Below, piece after piece: positions 53,380 through 54,874 of a stretch of 54,874 bases of DNA. The position numbers and the translations under genes were made by a program. The first letter of the stretch is position 1; each line of letters begins with the position of its first letter. The notes under the pieces were generated by a model. That model was given only the letters and a program-made list of their open reading frames with translations. It was not told the DNA's origin and did no database searches. Where the stretch lies: the NCBI GenBank assembly GCA_009602725.1, contig WELB01000001.1, positions 736,992 to 791,865 on the forward strand. The letters are read 5' to 3'. This DNA comes from Spirogloea muscicola. Its lineage: Eukaryota.

Positions 53380-54195
53380 TGGCTTCAGCGCTTTTCTGGC
53401 CCAAGGGTGTCTGCAGACGAAGAAAGACTCTTCCAGGAGAGAAAGACGCTTCCAGGAGAGGGCGGTGGCTGGGAGAGGCCAGCCCAGAAAAAAGAATGAA
53501 CAGAGTTCTGATTTAAGCCCTACTACAAAGTTCAAAGGGGCCAGAAAAGCGCTGAAGCGCTAAGCGACTCAAGTGCCCACTACGCACTCAGTAATTCCTG
53601 TTGAGCAGCCGCAGGTCAGTCTTATATCTGGGCTGGCCTCTCACAGCCATCGCCCTCTCCTGGAAGAGTACATCTTCTTTTGCACACTCCCTTGGGCTTG
53701 GGCTGGCCTCTCCCAGCCACCGCCATTGCCTTACATTCAACAAGCTGTTTCTTTTGACCTTGTTCATTCCTTTGGGCTGGCCATTTTGTCTGGGCTGGCT
53801 TCCTACAGCCTCGCCCCCATTGGGAAGATCTCCGTTCACATTGGGTCTTGCAAATCTGCTCATTCGTTTACCTGCGCTACCCAATCACAGCCATCGCCCG
53901 CTTCTGGAAGAGTCGCTCTCTCACAGCCACTGCCTTTCATCAGAAGAGCTGTGCCTGGCTGTCACTTTCTCCAGGACTTCGTCTTCTGCTCTGGGCTAGG
54001 CCAATCAACAGCCATCGCCCCTTTCCTCGCCTGTCCGTTCCTTTGGGCTGGCCTTCTCACAGCCATCATTGCCCCCCGCATTGGAGGAGCTGTGCCTTCC
54101 CTCCCTCCCTTTACACACGCATTCATCCCTTTTCGGACCTCGTCGATACTTTTACGTGCCGCATGTTCACAGCCCTCGCCCCCTTCGGGAGAGCC
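53380..54195 (+). repeat. Array of degenerate GGGCTGGC-(loop)-CAGCC hairpin units
   Basis: About 8-9 units at 53630-54190 on the plus strand, and one inverted unit at ~53465-53490. Confidence 0.85.
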
Positions 54196-54656
54196 ACTTC
54201 CATTCCGTTTCCTTTCCCTCCCGCGCTGCGTAACCGCCCCGCGGCGGGGGCGCCGGCAGGGTGGGGGGAGCCGGGGGAGGGCGTTACTGGGGGAGGGATG
54301 ACGGAGGGAGGCGGTGGCCCCCACTTGGAGCCCGCCGCCACCCCGGCCAGCTGGCGGCGCGTCGCGACGTTGCGATCGCGCTCCAACACGTGGCGAGCTC
54401 GGAGAGGAGGAGGCGTGCCCCCCCCTGGGGGCGGGCCCCACCGGTGCGCCCCCACGGCCGGCTCTGACGCCGCCCGCTTTCCTTCCTCCAGGAAGAGCCG
54501 CCGCCATTGCGGGGAGGCGCTTCTCAGGGCGCCGCAGCACCGCACAAAATATCGGGCGCCGGGCTCCCACCCCCCCCCCCCGCCGGCCTCGCTGCCGTCT
54601 CTGACATGCGCCAGCCAGCACGAGCTGCGCCCTCCCCTTCCCCGCCGGCACGAGCT

Positions 54657-54874
54657 CTGCGACGTCGAGTGTCAACCTGTCTGCAACGAGCTCAGGCGTA
54701 TGCTCTGCATCAGAAAGCTGGTCGAGCCTTAGCTGCTGGCACAAGAGCTAGTCAATTGCCGTCCGGTATTCGAGCATCAGCTAGCGACCTCTATGTGCTG
54801 ACTCGTGGTTACTGAGCGGGTCAGCTTAGCAGCAGGTGACGTACATTTGTCCAATGTGCTTGCCTTTGTACTTG
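54657..54874 (+). mobile_element. 3' fragment of CRE-like family A (runs off window end)
   Basis: LRRRVSTCLQRAQAYALHQKAGRALAAG...SGIRASASDLYVLTRGY* plus the 3' UTR. Confidence 0.88.

Noticed and set aside
53625..54195. CRISPR array
   Set aside because: Repeats are degenerate, spacing is irregular, the motif is dispersed on both strands and tied to retroelement 3' UTRs, the context is eukaryotic and no cas genes are present.

Overview
Eukaryotic, GC-rich, intron-rich genomic DNA. The genes most resemble land-plant families, so a streptophyte alga is a likely source (inference only). I reconstructed six host genes by hand from splice sites and protein motifs: a PQ-loop transporter (+, with a probable U12-type intron), a family-I pyrophosphatase homologue that has lost most catalytic residues (-), a DExH6/YTHDC2-like R3H-ankyrin RNA helicase (-, two GC-AG introns), a Ser/Pro-rich hypothetical gene (+), OSTC/DC2 (-) and SLU7 (+). 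There is also a truncated tandem-BTB gene and a decayed intron-containing duplicate of the hypothetical gene. The intergenic DNA is packed with 5'-truncated remnants of at least three related RLE-type (CRE-like) non-LTR retrotransposon families whose ORFs all carry LTRGY at or near the C-terminus. One family spreads a GGGCTGG-(loop)-CAGCC hairpin motif into dozens of copies and local arrays. A 1.5-kb solo LTR with a 4-bp target-site duplication (TSD) splits one of these elements. No CRISPR, rRNA or intact tRNA was seen. All coordinates come from manual reading, and repeat boundaries are approximate.
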